Assembly (NCBI GenBank): GCA_002311345.1
Contig: DCAA01000023.1
Span: 59,494 to 123,493, forward strand
Direction of reading: 5' to 3'
Source of the DNA: Planctomycetes bacterium UBA1146
Lineage (GTDB): Bacteria; Planctomycetota; UBA8108; UBA1146
DNA: 64,000 bases
Shown here: positions 45,494-55,000 of the stretch, one piece after another
How the letters are laid out: each line of letters starts with the position of its first letter
Position numbering within the stretch: position 1 is the first letter of the stretch
Made by a program: the position numbers and the translations under genes
The notes under the pieces: model-generated
What the model was told of the DNA's origin: nothing
What the model saw: only the letters and a program-made list of their open reading frames with translations
The model's database searches: none

Positions 45494-46543
45494 TTGAGAA
45501 TTCTCATGGTGGCAGGAAGGCTGGACTGGTCGGTACCTACGACCCATGCACTGGGTCTGGTGGAGGGGCTCATCCAGCGTGGTCACGAAGTGCAGATGGT
45601 TTGCAAGGGAGGAGTTTTCCTTCCTCGTTTTCGATCGATGGGGATCGAGGTCTATCAGTTCCCCGGCTCCTGGCTGGCGCGCCGTCGCATGACCACCTTT
45701 CTGCAATCCTTTGCACCTGAAGTGATCCACGCTGTCGGAGGACTCGGTTCCTTGCGCATTGCGACCCGGCTTTCGAGGGTACTGGGGAGCCCCATGGTTC
45801 ATACTGTTCACTCCTGGTTACGTGCAGAAAGATCCGCCTGGTCGACCCGTTCTGCGGCTGGAATCATCGTCGTGAACCAGGATCTCCGCCAGCATCTGGT
45901 GAGCGAGATGAAGATCGAGAAGGATCTGATCCGGGTCATCCCTTACGGCATCGATGTTCTGGAGGCCGATCCGCTCCCGTGGGTGCCGAGGAAGATCCCG
46001 GTCATCGGTACGGTCGGTCGACTGGACAAGGGACGACGACTCGATGATTTCCTCCAGGCGGCTGGTTTGCTCCGCCAAAAGTTGGGCGATGTCATCTTCA
46101 CGGTCCTGGGTGAAGGCCCCGATGAGCCCCGGTTGCGTTCCGTCTGCAAATCGATGGATCTGGAAGGACACCTCACCTTTGCGGCCCCCCCCGCCGATGT
46201 CGATGCGGTTTATCGAGCCTTCGATGTCCTGATGCTGGTCAGTGACTGGGGTGGTGCCGGATTGCACATGCTGGAGGGCCTGGCTCGTGGGATTCCCACC
46301 ATCGCTACCGGCGGCGGAGAGATTCTCTCCTTGCTCGGGGAAGAAGGGATCTGCACCCTGGTTCGCCCCGGAGATTCAGAAGCTCTGGCACAAGCAGGAG
46401 CCCGTCTGCTGGCCGATCCTGAGCGTGCCCGCAAGCAGGCTAAGAAGGGTATCGAACACGTGCGCAGCCATTATCCAATGAGCGCAATGCTCGATCTCGT
46501 CGAGGATATGCACGATAGTCTCTGCCACACCACCAGCGCCTGA
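45494..46543 (+). CDS. Family 4 glycosyltransferase
   Basis: TTG 45494 gives MRILMVAGRLD..., a typical GT4 N-terminus. The C-terminal half has EG..G...LEGLARGIPTIATGGGE. Confidence 0.8.
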   Translation: MRILMVAGRLDWSVPTTHALGLVEGLIQRGHEVQMVCKGGVFLPRFRSMGIEVYQFPGSWLARRRMTTFLQSFAPEVIHAVGGLGSLRIATRLSRVLGSPMVHTVHSWLRAERSAWSTRSAAGIIVVNQDLRQHLVSEMKIEKDLIRVIPYGIDVLEADPLPWVPRKIPVIGTVGRLDKGRRLDDFLQAAGLLRQKLGDVIFTVLGEGPDEPRLRSVCKSMDLEGHLTFAAPPADVDAVYRAFDVLMLVSDWGGAGLHMLEGLARGIPTIATGGGEILSLLGEEGICTLVRPGDSEALAQAGARLLADPERARKQAKKGIEHVRSHYPMSAMLDLVEDMHDSLCHTTSA

Positions 46544-46588
46544 CCGGATCGGTAGACACGATCCCACCGTGCCATTATTCTCTGTGTC

Positions 46589-47419
46589 ATGGCGAAAGTG
46601 ATCGTCATCCCTGCGCGTCTCGCGTCGCAGCGACTTCCCGGAAAGCTCCTGCGCGATGAGACCGGTTGGCCTCTCATCCGCCACGTCTATCAACTCTGCT
46701 TGGAGGTGCCAGACGTGGACAGGGTCATCGTCGCTGTAGATGGCGAGGAGATCGCTGAAGTGGTACGTGGCTTTGGTGGTGAAGTCGTGCTCACTGAGGC
46801 GGAACTCCCTACCGGAACCGATCGAGTGGCGGAGGCATGTCGCTCGATGTCGCTGGAGGAGGATGATCTGGTCGTCAATGTCCAGGGGGATGAGCCGGAA
46901 TTGAATCCCGACCACGTGGTGAAGTTGCTTGATCTTCTCCAGGACCATCCTTCTTGTCAGGTCGCCACCCTTGCGCTCAGGAGAGAAGGAAAAGACTCGG
47001 CCGTGGATTTCCGCAATCCGAATCGAGTCAAAGTGGTGACTGACGCCGAGGGGAGGGCACTCCAGTTCAGCAGAAATCCGCTCCCGGAGGGTGTGGGAGA
47101 GGGTATTCCTGAGGGGGGCTGGCTGCAGCACATCGGGGTCTACGGTTTTCGTAATAGGTCTCTGGAGGCCTTCAGGGAGCTACCCAGGGGGGATCTCGAG
47201 CAACGAGAACGGCTCGAACAGTTGCGCCTGCTCGAAGCAGGGTGTGAGATCAGGGTAGTAATCGTCGATGAGGCGGCTCCGGGGATAGATACCGAAGAAG
47301 ACTACAGACGATTCGTGGAGAATACCCGCAGGATGCGGGAAGATCGGGGCGGTCAGAATCCTGCCCGGAATGTTCCGGCAGAGACGAGCGACCGGGGAAA
47401 AATGGACTACGACTCATGA
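46589..47419 (+). CDS. kdsB: 3-deoxy-manno-octulosonate cytidylyltransferase (CMP-Kdo synthetase)
   Basis: [18 protein letters not shown]...VNVQGDEP... Confidence 0.9.
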   Translation: MAKVIVIPARLASQRLPGKLLRDETGWPLIRHVYQLCLEVPDVDRVIVAVDGEEIAEVVRGFGGEVVLTEAELPTGTDRVAEACRSMSLEEDDLVVNVQGDEPELNPDHVVKLLDLLQDHPSCQVATLALRREGKDSAVDFRNPNRVKVVTDAEGRALQFSRNPLPEGVGEGIPEGGWLQHIGVYGFRNRSLEAFRELPRGDLEQRERLEQLRLLEAGCEIRVVIVDEAAPGIDTEEDYRRFVENTRRMREDRGGQNPARNVPAETSDRGKMDYDS

Positions 47420-49029
47420 CTCAGTACATCTTCGTAACAGGTGGAGTGGTTTCCAGCCTCGGAAAGGGTCTCACGAGCGCTTCCATTGGCGCGCTTCTCG
47501 AGAGTCACGGGCTGAAAGTCGCCCTCCAGAAATTTGATCCATACATCAATGTTGATCCGGGAACGTTGAGTCCTTTCCAGCATGGTGAGGTGTATGTCAC
47601 CCCAGATGGCGCCGAGACCGATCTCGATCTGGGACATTACGAGAGATTCACATCCTGTGAGATCAGTGGCACCTCGAACTATACCACCGGCAAGATCTAC
47701 TTGACCGTGATTCAGCGTGAGCGTCGTGGCGATTACCTGGGCAAGACCGTTCAGGTCATTCCCCACATCACCGATGAGATAAAGGATAGCATCTCCCGCA
47801 TCGGATCGAGCGATGTGGACATCGTGATCACGGAGATAGGCGGGACGGTGGGAGACATCGAGAGTCTGCCATTTCTCGAGGCTCTTCGGCAGTTCGGACA
47901 CGATCACGGCAAGGAGAACGTTCTCTTCATCCACCTGACGTTGTTGCCCTATATCCGTGCCAGCGGAGAGATCAAAACGAAGCCGACGCAACACTCCGTT
48001 GGGCGTCTGCGTGAGATCGGGATCCTGCCCGACATCCTGATCTGTCGAACAGAGATGGATGTCGAGCCGGAGATTCCAGAAAAGATCTCACTGTTCTGTA
48101 ATGTTCCGACCGAATCGGTCTTCATCGAGAAGGATGTGGAGACTTCCATCTACGAACTGCCGCTGGTGCTTCGTCAGCAGCGCCTCGATACCCGCATCCT
48201 GGAGCATTTCGGCCGCAAGGGTGGCTCCGGAAACATGGATCGCTGGATCGAAGTCGTCAATGCACTACGCGAGCCCCAGTTTGAAGTCGAAATCGCAGTG
48301 GTTGGCAAGTACATCGAACTGACCGATTCCTACAAGTCGATCTACGAGGCACTCACTCACGGGGGAATTCATCACCGCGCTCGTGTTCGGTTCCGGAGGG
48401 TTCAGGCAGAAGTTCTTGCCGAAGGTGATCCGGAGGAGGTACTCGGCGGCGTCGATGGAATCCTGGTTCCGGGAGGATTCGGAGAGCGGGGGCTCGAGGG
48501 GAAGATTCGCACGGTCCAGTTTGCCAGGGAAAACAAGATTCCGTTCCTGGGAGTTTGCTACGGCATGCATGCGGCGGTGATCGAGTACTCCCGAAATGTT
48601 CTTGGCCTCAAGGAGGCTTCCTCGACAGAGATCCATAAGGATACTCCAGATCCGGTGATCACTCTTCTCGACGAGCAAAAAGATGTCGATGAGAAAGGCG
48701 GGACGATGAGGTTGGGTACCTACCCCTGCCAATTTGTTGCCGATTCCATCTGCAGTCAGGAATACTCAACGCTGGAAGTTGGTGAACGTCATCGTCACCG
48801 CTACGAGTTCAATAACGAGTATCGCGATAGATTGACAGAAGCGGGACTCCGTATTGCTGGCACATCGCCGGATAATTCTCTGGTCGAGGTGATCGAAATC
48901 GTGGACCACCCCTGGTTTGTCGCCTGTCAGTATCATCCCGAGTTCCAGTCGAAGCCGTTCGATGCACATCCACTCTTCAGGGGCCTGATCGGAGCCTCCC
49001 TGTCCATGAAATCACAAAGTGATGGATGA
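47416..49029 (+). CDS. pyrG: CTP synthase
   Basis: [15 protein letters not shown] is followed by the GATase domain GVCYGMH...HRHRYE. The start shares an ATGA overlap with kdsB. Confidence 0.95.
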   Translation: MTQYIFVTGGVVSSLGKGLTSASIGALLESHGLKVALQKFDPYINVDPGTLSPFQHGEVYVTPDGAETDLDLGHYERFTSCEISGTSNYTTGKIYLTVIQRERRGDYLGKTVQVIPHITDEIKDSISRIGSSDVDIVITEIGGTVGDIESLPFLEALRQFGHDHGKENVLFIHLTLLPYIRASGEIKTKPTQHSVGRLREIGILPDILICRTEMDVEPEIPEKISLFCNVPTESVFIEKDVETSIYELPLVLRQQRLDTRILEHFGRKGGSGNMDRWIEVVNALREPQFEVEIAVVGKYIELTDSYKSIYEALTHGGIHHRARVRFRRVQAEVLAEGDPEEVLGGVDGILVPGGFGERGLEGKIRTVQFARENKIPFLGVCYGMHAAVIEYSRNVLGLKEASSTEIHKDTPDPVITLLDEQKDVDEKGGTMRLGTYPCQFVADSICSQEYSTLEVGERHRHRYEFNNEYRDRLTEAGLRIAGTSPDNSLVEVIEIVDHPWFVACQYHPEFQSKPFDAHPLFRGLIGASLSMKSQSDG

Positions 49030-49432
49030 CAAGCGGATCGATGACGACTGGAAGCGGCGTGCATCCGAGGAGAAGGCCAAGATCGCTGCAGAACTGGGGA
49101 AAGAGGGCTCGGCCGAGTCCGAGGGAGATGGCTCGAACACTTCAGATCCGCTCTTTCCGGCAGTAATCCAGCAGATCGCATACCCGGCGCTGATGGCACT
49201 GGGACAGATTCCCGATCCTCGCACCGGAGAGCGGATGTTGGACCTGAATCTGGCCAAGGAGACGATCGATCTGCTGGCCGTTCTGGAGAAGAAAACCGTC
49301 GGTAATCGCTCAGCCGAGGAAGACAAGATGCTGCGCGATCTTTTGCGTGATCTGCAAATGGCGTACTCGCAATCAGTGCAAACTGCCAGACAGACTGCTG
49401 AAGAGAGTACTTCCGAAAATCCAACAGAGTGA
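49019..49432 (+). CDS. DUF1844-like small protein
   Basis: ...[45 protein letters not shown]... matches my recollection of the DUF1844 core. It overlaps pyrG by 11 nt. Confidence 0.55.
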   Translation: MMDDKRIDDDWKRRASEEKAKIAAELGKEGSAESEGDGSNTSDPLFPAVIQQIAYPALMALGQIPDPRTGERMLDLNLAKETIDLLAVLEKKTVGNRSAEEDKMLRDLLRDLQMAYSQSVQTARQTAEESTSENPTE

Positions 49433-49452
49433 ACTCCCCGGGGTGAATAGAA

Positions 49453-51129
49453 ATGCAGCGCAGGGTTCTCATCACTGCCGCGTTACCATACGCAAATAAC
49501 CATCCACACCTGGGTCATGTTGCTGGCGTCTATCTACCAGCCGACACCTACCATCGTTATCTGAAGTTGACCGGCGTGGAGTCGATTTTCATCTGTGGGA
49601 GTGACGACCACGGGGTCCCCATCATGATCTCCGCACGGGAGGAGAACATCTCTCCACCGGATGTCGTGAAGAGGTATCGAGACATCCAGGAGAAGGTTTT
49701 CTCTTCACTGAGGATCGAGTTCGACCACTACAGCGGCACCTCGACCTGTGAGGGACATGATGAACTGGCACAGGAGTTTTTCCTGAAGTTACGAGAACAG
49801 GGAGACATCGACGAAAAGGTCACTGATCAGTTCCGATGTAGTTCCTGTGAGATGTTCCTTCCTGATCGATACGTAGAGGGTACTTGCCCGCTCTGCAGAG
49901 CAGAGGGCGCACGGGGCGATCAGTGCGATTCGTGTGGGGGTGCCTTCGAGCAGGACATGCTCATCGACCCTTTCTGTGCCAACTGCGGCTCCGCCCCGGA
50001 ACTGACTTCCACACGGCACTGGTTCTTCCGTCTGGATCGGTACGAGCAGCGGCTTGGAGAATGGCTGGAGAGTCGTGAAGGTTGGCGCGATAACGTCCGC
50101 AACTTTGCGCTGGGGACCGTCAACGGCGGTTTGCCCGCCCGCTGCATCACCAGAGATCTGGATTGGGGAGTACCTGTACCTCTGGAAGAGGCCAAGGACA
50201 AGGTTCTCTACGTCTGGTTCGACGCTCCGGTGGGGTACATCTCCTTCACCAGGGAGATGTTCCGGGCCCGTGGGCAAGAGGAAGAATGGCGTTCCTGGTG
50301 GACTGGCGACGACGTGGACATCGTTCACTTCCTCGGCAAGGACAACATCATTTTTCACGCGGTCATCTGGCCAGCAATGCTACTCGGACACGATGAGTTT
50401 CGATTGCCTGCAGATATCCCTGCTAACGAATACCTGAACTTCAAGGGAGAGAAGTTCTCAAAATCAAGGGGAGTAGGGGTCACCGCCGAAGAAATCCTCG
50501 AGTTGTTCGAAGCTGACCGTGTTCGTTATTACCTGACAGCCATCGCTCCCGAGGGGAAGGATTCCTCTTTCACCTGGGAGGACTTCATCCAGAGAAACAA
50601 CGACGAACTCTCCGATGTAATCGGCAATTTGGCCCACCGTGTCTTCACCTTCACGAGTAAGAACTTCGACTCGAAGATCCCCGGGGGGGTAGAGGAATCT
50701 CCCTTTGCCACCGAAGTATTCCAGGTGTTACGGGAGGCTCGCCAGGGATGGACCTCAGCACTCAACAGGCAGCGGTTCAGGGAAGCGCTCGACAAGGTCG
50801 TGACCCTGGCTCGCCACGGCAATCGACTCTTCGATGCGGCGGCGCCATGGAAGAGTCGGAAGACCGATCCGGTCGCATGTGGGCGAGATCTGGCAGCCCT
50901 GCTCGAGGTGGTACACGGCGTTTCCGTGCTGTTGTTGCCGTTCGTGCCCCAGAGCGCAGCCAGGCTCGTCGGGGCGTTCGAGCAGGCGGCAGCCCCCGCT
51001 TCGGAGGTGGTCAGTGTGCTCGGGGAAAGACCCCTGCTCCAGCCGGGTCAACCGGTGACTGGGCCCGGAATCGTCTATCCGCGCCTCGAGTTGCCCGACG
51101 ATGGCGAGGAATCAGACTCGGGATCGTGA
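49453..51129 (+). CDS. metG: Methionyl-tRNA synthetase
   Basis: The HIGH-type motif PYANNHPHLGH, the zinc knuckles CSSC...CPLC...CDSC...CANC, and KFSKSRG (KMSKS) are present. Confidence 0.95.
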   Translation: MQRRVLITAALPYANNHPHLGHVAGVYLPADTYHRYLKLTGVESIFICGSDDHGVPIMISAREENISPPDVVKRYRDIQEKVFSSLRIEFDHYSGTSTCEGHDELAQEFFLKLREQGDIDEKVTDQFRCSSCEMFLPDRYVEGTCPLCRAEGARGDQCDSCGGAFEQDMLIDPFCANCGSAPELTSTRHWFFRLDRYEQRLGEWLESREGWRDNVRNFALGTVNGGLPARCITRDLDWGVPVPLEEAKDKVLYVWFDAPVGYISFTREMFRARGQEEEWRSWWTGDDVDIVHFLGKDNIIFHAVIWPAMLLGHDEFRLPADIPANEYLNFKGEKFSKSRGVGVTAEEILELFEADRVRYYLTAIAPEGKDSSFTWEDFIQRNNDELSDVIGNLAHRVFTFTSKNFDSKIPGGVEESPFATEVFQVLREARQGWTSALNRQRFREALDKVVTLARHGNRLFDAAAPWKSRKTDPVACGRDLAALLEVVHGVSVLLLPFVPQSAARLVGAFEQAAAPASEVVSVLGERPLLQPGQPVTGPGIVYPRLELPDDGEESDSGS

Positions 51130-52775
51130 GAGAGGCGGGTCCAGTCGAACCAGACTTCCCGGCTCTTTCCTGCACCTCGCAGTGACGTTCCGAATAGTTC
51201 CTTCAGTTGGATTCTGCGCAACTTCCCGTTGACCAGGTTGCGGTAGATATTGTCTCCCAGCCGGTATCCGAGCGCGTGAGTCGTTCCAGCGATGACGTCT
51301 GGGTCTCGGTATGCCAGTGCCCGAAACGTTGGCCGCTTACCTCTTCCTTCCAGCCAGTCGATCTCTGCGTAGATGTGCCGGAGGGAATCACGAACGGACT
51401 GTCGAGTTGCTCCCATCAGTGGATCCAGACGACGTCCTCGAAACCGAGCAGCGAGAGATTCCAGTTCCTTCACATCGAGGCAAGTTCGTTTATGGTCGAT
51501 GATCTTGGTTCCCAGGTATCCGATGGCTTCTCGAAGTGCATTTTCATAGAACCAGTCGATCGGATTCTCGATCGATCCTTTGTCCTTGCACATGACGAAG
51601 TTCATGTGGTGAGTCGCTTCCTCTGATGCGTGACGTATAGACAGGTTCCCGAGCACGATGACCTGTACACGGGGTAAGTAGCACGACTCTTCTCTTTCCA
51701 GCTGAGATTTCACCAGTCCCATCTCGAATTCGTCGAGTTTGTGTTGCTTTTGGAGCCTACCGATGAGGTCGAGATTTCGACCGGTGTGTACCGTGAATTG
51801 GTCGAGTCCTTCCGTGGAAATTCCGAGGTACTCACGAATCGTCTCAATGATCATCCAGATCTGATCAGTCATGATGGTAGAGGAAATGGAGGGCAGGTTC
51901 AGGACTCCCGTTGATTCTTCCAGTTCCTGCTCGTTGAATTGCCAGTTCAGATAGGACTGAAACTTCACCAGGGGAGTGGTGTTGATCATGCAAAACCGAT
52001 CTTTGCCGATCCTTACCGCCTGGACCTTCTGTTCCTGCCCTTTCTCAGCGAGTTCCCAGTACACCCGATCGATGTTCTGGAAGATGGTGCACTGTGATGG
52101 AGAACCAAACCCGGATCGGGAAGCCACACGCATCAATTGTGCAGGAAGATGGGCTGGTGCGACGTGAAGATCTCCGAAAGTGACTGCGAGAATTGCACCT
52201 TCATGTTCACCGATCGCCTCGAGGAGGCGCATCGCTGCAATTTTTTCTCGCGCATCGAATGAGTCTCCAACCACGTCAGGTGCGGAGTTCAGTGCGAGGA
52301 TGGGAAGTCCCCGTTCCCGGAAGAAATCGAGTTGCAGAACGTAGTTTCGCCACGGAAACCCCCAGCGTTGATCCCAATCCGATTCGATGCGGAGTGTTTC
52401 ATCGTCGATCTCTCTGCGATTCCAGCGGTTCAGGGATTTCTGCGCGTCGATGTGGAATGCCTCGGTGCAGAGCACAACTTTCTTTCCCATTTCGATCAAC
52501 TTTTCGATTACTCGGAGTGGGCCCTTCTGGGATTCGCGCAGGGAGTGGTAATCACCAAAGTGAACCACGTTGCAGCCGGAAGCGTGCTCGGCGATCTCTT
52601 CGATGGAGATCGGCTCGAGTTTTCCCATAGTTGCCTGTTCGTAGGTATCGCGCCAGCGCTGTAAGGATCCTGAGGGGTCATCGATGGAGCGTTCTATTTC
52701 TCGACGCGCTTCCTCGGCCAGGCGCCGTTGCAGTTTCAGCAACCTGTTTCGAGCAGGAACTCCGCTTGGACTCAA
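51075..52775 (-). CDS. Hypothetical protein with an N-terminal ChaN/TIKI-like (haem-binding-uptake superfamily) domain
   Basis: VVHFGDYHSLRESQKGPLRVIEKLIEMGKKVVLCTEAFHIDAQ resembles the GExH...E core of ChaN/Cofac_haem_bdg. About 300 aa at the C-terminus are unassigned. The TTG start overlaps the mobA stop (TTGA). Confidence 0.4.
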   Translation of the reverse strand: MSPSGVPARNRLLKLQRRLAEEARREIERSIDDPSGSLQRWRDTYEQATMGKLEPISIEEIAEHASGCNVVHFGDYHSLRESQKGPLRVIEKLIEMGKKVVLCTEAFHIDAQKSLNRWNRREIDDETLRIESDWDQRWGFPWRNYVLQLDFFRERGLPILALNSAPDVVGDSFDAREKIAAMRLLEAIGEHEGAILAVTFGDLHVAPAHLPAQLMRVASRSGFGSPSQCTIFQNIDRVYWELAEKGQEQKVQAVRIGKDRFCMINTTPLVKFQSYLNWQFNEQELEESTGVLNLPSISSTIMTDQIWMIIETIREYLGISTEGLDQFTVHTGRNLDLIGRLQKQHKLDEFEMGLVKSQLEREESCYLPRVQVIVLGNLSIRHASEEATHHMNFVMCKDKGSIENPIDWFYENALREAIGYLGTKIIDHKRTCLDVKELESLAARFRGRRLDPLMGATRQSVRDSLRHIYAEIDWLEGRGKRPTFRALAYRDPDVIAGTTHALGYRLGDNIYRNLVNGKLRRIQLKELFGTSLRGAGKSREVWFDWTRLSHDPESDSSPSSGNSRRG

Positions 52776-53443
52776 TCTTCTGACTCCAGCCCGAGAAGAT
52801 CCTCAGGCGTGTTGATGTTTCGAAACGGATTTGTTGGAGATCGTTCTTCTTCGGTGTGCTGAAGGAAGTCATCGGGCCACTTCAGCTGTGTTGCATTCAC
52901 TCTTCTCACCCATGCCAGCAAGGCGAGATCTCCATCGGGTGGTTCGAGTACCTCGAGAGATGAAGGATCCCAGACCGCCGCCAACGGCTGTGGACGTCCT
53001 CCCTCGACCGGTACTACCGAGTTCCCATCCGTATGTCTGGAACAGATCTGCTCGACGATGTTTGGGCTCAGCAGGGGCAGGTCAACCGCAGCCAGGAAAA
53101 CCGGTCTGCCGACCTTCTCGATGGCGTTTCCGATCACATCGAGAAGACAGCGCGACCCGGGTGGGTCGGTGATGATGGCATCCCAGGGCAAGGTGGGGAT
53201 CTTCTCGAGCAAGGCAGAATCTTTCAGGACCACGAACGTTCGCTCGAACAGCGGAGAGAGCAACTGAAACTGTCGCTGCAGGAGGGGCAATCCGTCCACC
53301 TCGAGAAGGGCCTTGGGACATCCCATCCTGCGGCCTCGACCTCCTGCGAGGATGAGGCAATCAGCCACCGATTCGAAACCGGGTTTGTTCAAGTATGGGC
53401 CTCTCTGGAATCGTGAGATAACTTGCCGGCGGTCTTGGGTCAA
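52772..53443 (-). CDS. mobA: Molybdenum cofactor guanylyltransferase (MobA-like NTP transferase)
   Basis: CLILAGGRGRRMGCPKALLEVDGLPLL and a later AAVDLPLL are present. Confidence 0.7.
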   Translation of the reverse strand: MTQDRRQVISRFQRGPYLNKPGFESVADCLILAGGRGRRMGCPKALLEVDGLPLLQRQFQLLSPLFERTFVVLKDSALLEKIPTLPWDAIITDPPGSRCLLDVIGNAIEKVGRPVFLAAVDLPLLSPNIVEQICSRHTDGNSVVPVEGGRPQPLAAVWDPSSLEVLEPPDGDLALLAWVRRVNATQLKWPDDFLQHTEEERSPTNPFRNINTPEDLLGLESED

Positions 53444-53453
53444 TGTTGAAGAA

Positions 53454-54224
53454 TTACAGGGTTCCCCAGCGCCGCAACTGGCGCAAGGAGGCGGCCAGAT
53501 CCTTTGGCAGACCGGACTCCAGTTTCATCTCGATTTCGGTGGCAGGGTGGCGAAATTGAATCGAGAGGGCATGGAGACCCAGTCGGTTCAGCAGTGGTCT
53601 TTCGACACCATCTCTTCCAGCACGGTAATCTCTTTTGAATGAGGAGAGCAGCAGGGGGGTGCCCGTGCCGTAAAGGTTGTCACAGCAGCAGGGCGTTCCC
53701 AGATCGAGCATCGTTAGGCGTACCTGGTGAGTGCGACCGGTGAGTGGTTGGATTTCGACCCAGGAATGGTCCCTGAATGCTTCCAGGAGTTGATATTGGG
53801 AACGACATTCTTTGCCTGAAGAATGGAACCGCATCGATCCGGGACGAGATGGGTTTTTCTCGACATGAATAACGCTCTCCCCTCTGGGCGGGTCGGGGAG
53901 CCCCTCCACGAGTGCTCCGTAGGTCTTCTTGACTGTACGTTCCATGAACTGATTGCGGAGATGTGTCTGGGCAGTTCCATTTCTGGCGAACAGGATCACC
54001 CCCGTGGTTTCCTTGTCGAGGCGATGGACGACGTGAGGACGAGGAGCGTCGGGGTCACTTTCTTTCCAGTGGTTCCAGAGCAAGTCGATGAGACACAGAG
54101 CGCTGGAATCCCATCGTTCACTGACGGTGCTGAACCCGGAGGGCTTGGTCACCGCGCAAAAGTCAGAATCCTCGTGCAGGATCTCCAGTGAGGGATGGCG
54201 AGTGGAATTCAAATGACGGCTCAA
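53454..54224 (-). CDS. RluA-family pseudouridine synthase (no S4 domain)
   Basis: The catalytic HRLDKETTGVILFARN and the GRTHQVRL motif are present. Confidence 0.85.
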   Translation of the reverse strand: MSRHLNSTRHPSLEILHEDSDFCAVTKPSGFSTVSERWDSSALCLIDLLWNHWKESDPDAPRPHVVHRLDKETTGVILFARNGTAQTHLRNQFMERTVKKTYGALVEGLPDPPRGESVIHVEKNPSRPGSMRFHSSGKECRSQYQLLEAFRDHSWVEIQPLTGRTHQVRLTMLDLGTPCCCDNLYGTGTPLLLSSFKRDYRAGRDGVERPLLNRLGLHALSIQFRHPATEIEMKLESGLPKDLAASLRQLRRWGTL

Positions 54225-55000
54225 GATCCAGGCATTCGCAGGGCGGCAGTCTCGAGTTGCCCGATTCCGATGATCGCCTCATCCTTACCTTCATCGTCTT
54301 GTTCAATACGGCTCCTGAAGGCACTGATCACCTCGAGAAACCGATCGTAAGAACTCTGGTCTCCGCTCCTCCAGCGAGCGAATTCGAGCCAGCCACTCGA
54401 GATGTTGATGACAAACGAGGATGCGGGACTGACATCGGCGGGGGTTGAGTTTTCCTGTGCATCGATTCGAGCAGCCTCCAGCGACTTTTCGAATGCTTCG
54501 CAGGCACCATCCCAATCTCCCAGGCCGCAACGATGTGCACCCATTGCCCACCATGCCAGGTGAAAAGGCAGAGCCCCTTTTTCAAGAATTTCTCGCCAGT
54601 CGAGGCAGTCCTGGGCACACCGGATCCCTTCCTCGAAGTGCTTCGAGGTTCTCGGTTCCGTATCCTCGGGCCAGCAGGGAGCCAGATCTGCAGCCAGGTT
54701 GTAAGAAAGGATGTTGGCTCCATCGAGACGGCGATCTCGTTCTTCCTGGTTGGTTTCGGCCGCAGCCTGGGAAGAAAACTCATCGATGGCGGCTCGGCAG
54801 ATTCCAATGACATCATCCAGGCTCCTGGATAGACCCTGGCCATTCGAAATCCTCTGGCTTGCCATCAAATAGAGCGCCCTTCGCTCCAGACGATCCTCGC
54901 TCTGGTGGATATGAGAGATCAGTTTCTCAACCCCCTGCTGGCAGTAGAGCTCCTGTATCTGTGGCCAGGACTTCTCGAAAGGGTTGGTCTTCTGATTCAC
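54221..55000 (-). CDS. Hypothetical all-alpha protein
   Basis: The composition is helix-rich and protein-like. GTG 55000 overlaps the upstream stop (GTGA). The ORF-track start at 55099 would overlap the upstream gene by about 100 nt. Confidence 0.5.
   Translation of the reverse strand: MNQKTNPFEKSWPQIQELYCQQGVEKLISHIHQSEDRLERRALYLMASQRISNGQGLSRSLDDVIGICRAAIDEFSSQAAAETNQEERDRRLDGANILSYNLAADLAPCWPEDTEPRTSKHFEEGIRCAQDCLDWREILEKGALPFHLAWWAMGAHRCGLGDWDGACEAFEKSLEAARIDAQENSTPADVSPASSFVINISSGWLEFARWRSGDQSSYDRFLEVISAFRSRIEQDDEGKDEAIIGIGQLETAALRMPGS

Noticed and set aside
45463-45494. CCCAA-N8-TTGGG followed by GGATTTTTT on the plus strand upstream of the GT4 gene.
   Set aside because: No plus-strand gene ends upstream of it. 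The T-run is more simply part of the GT4 5' leader (GGGGGA SD plus TTG start).
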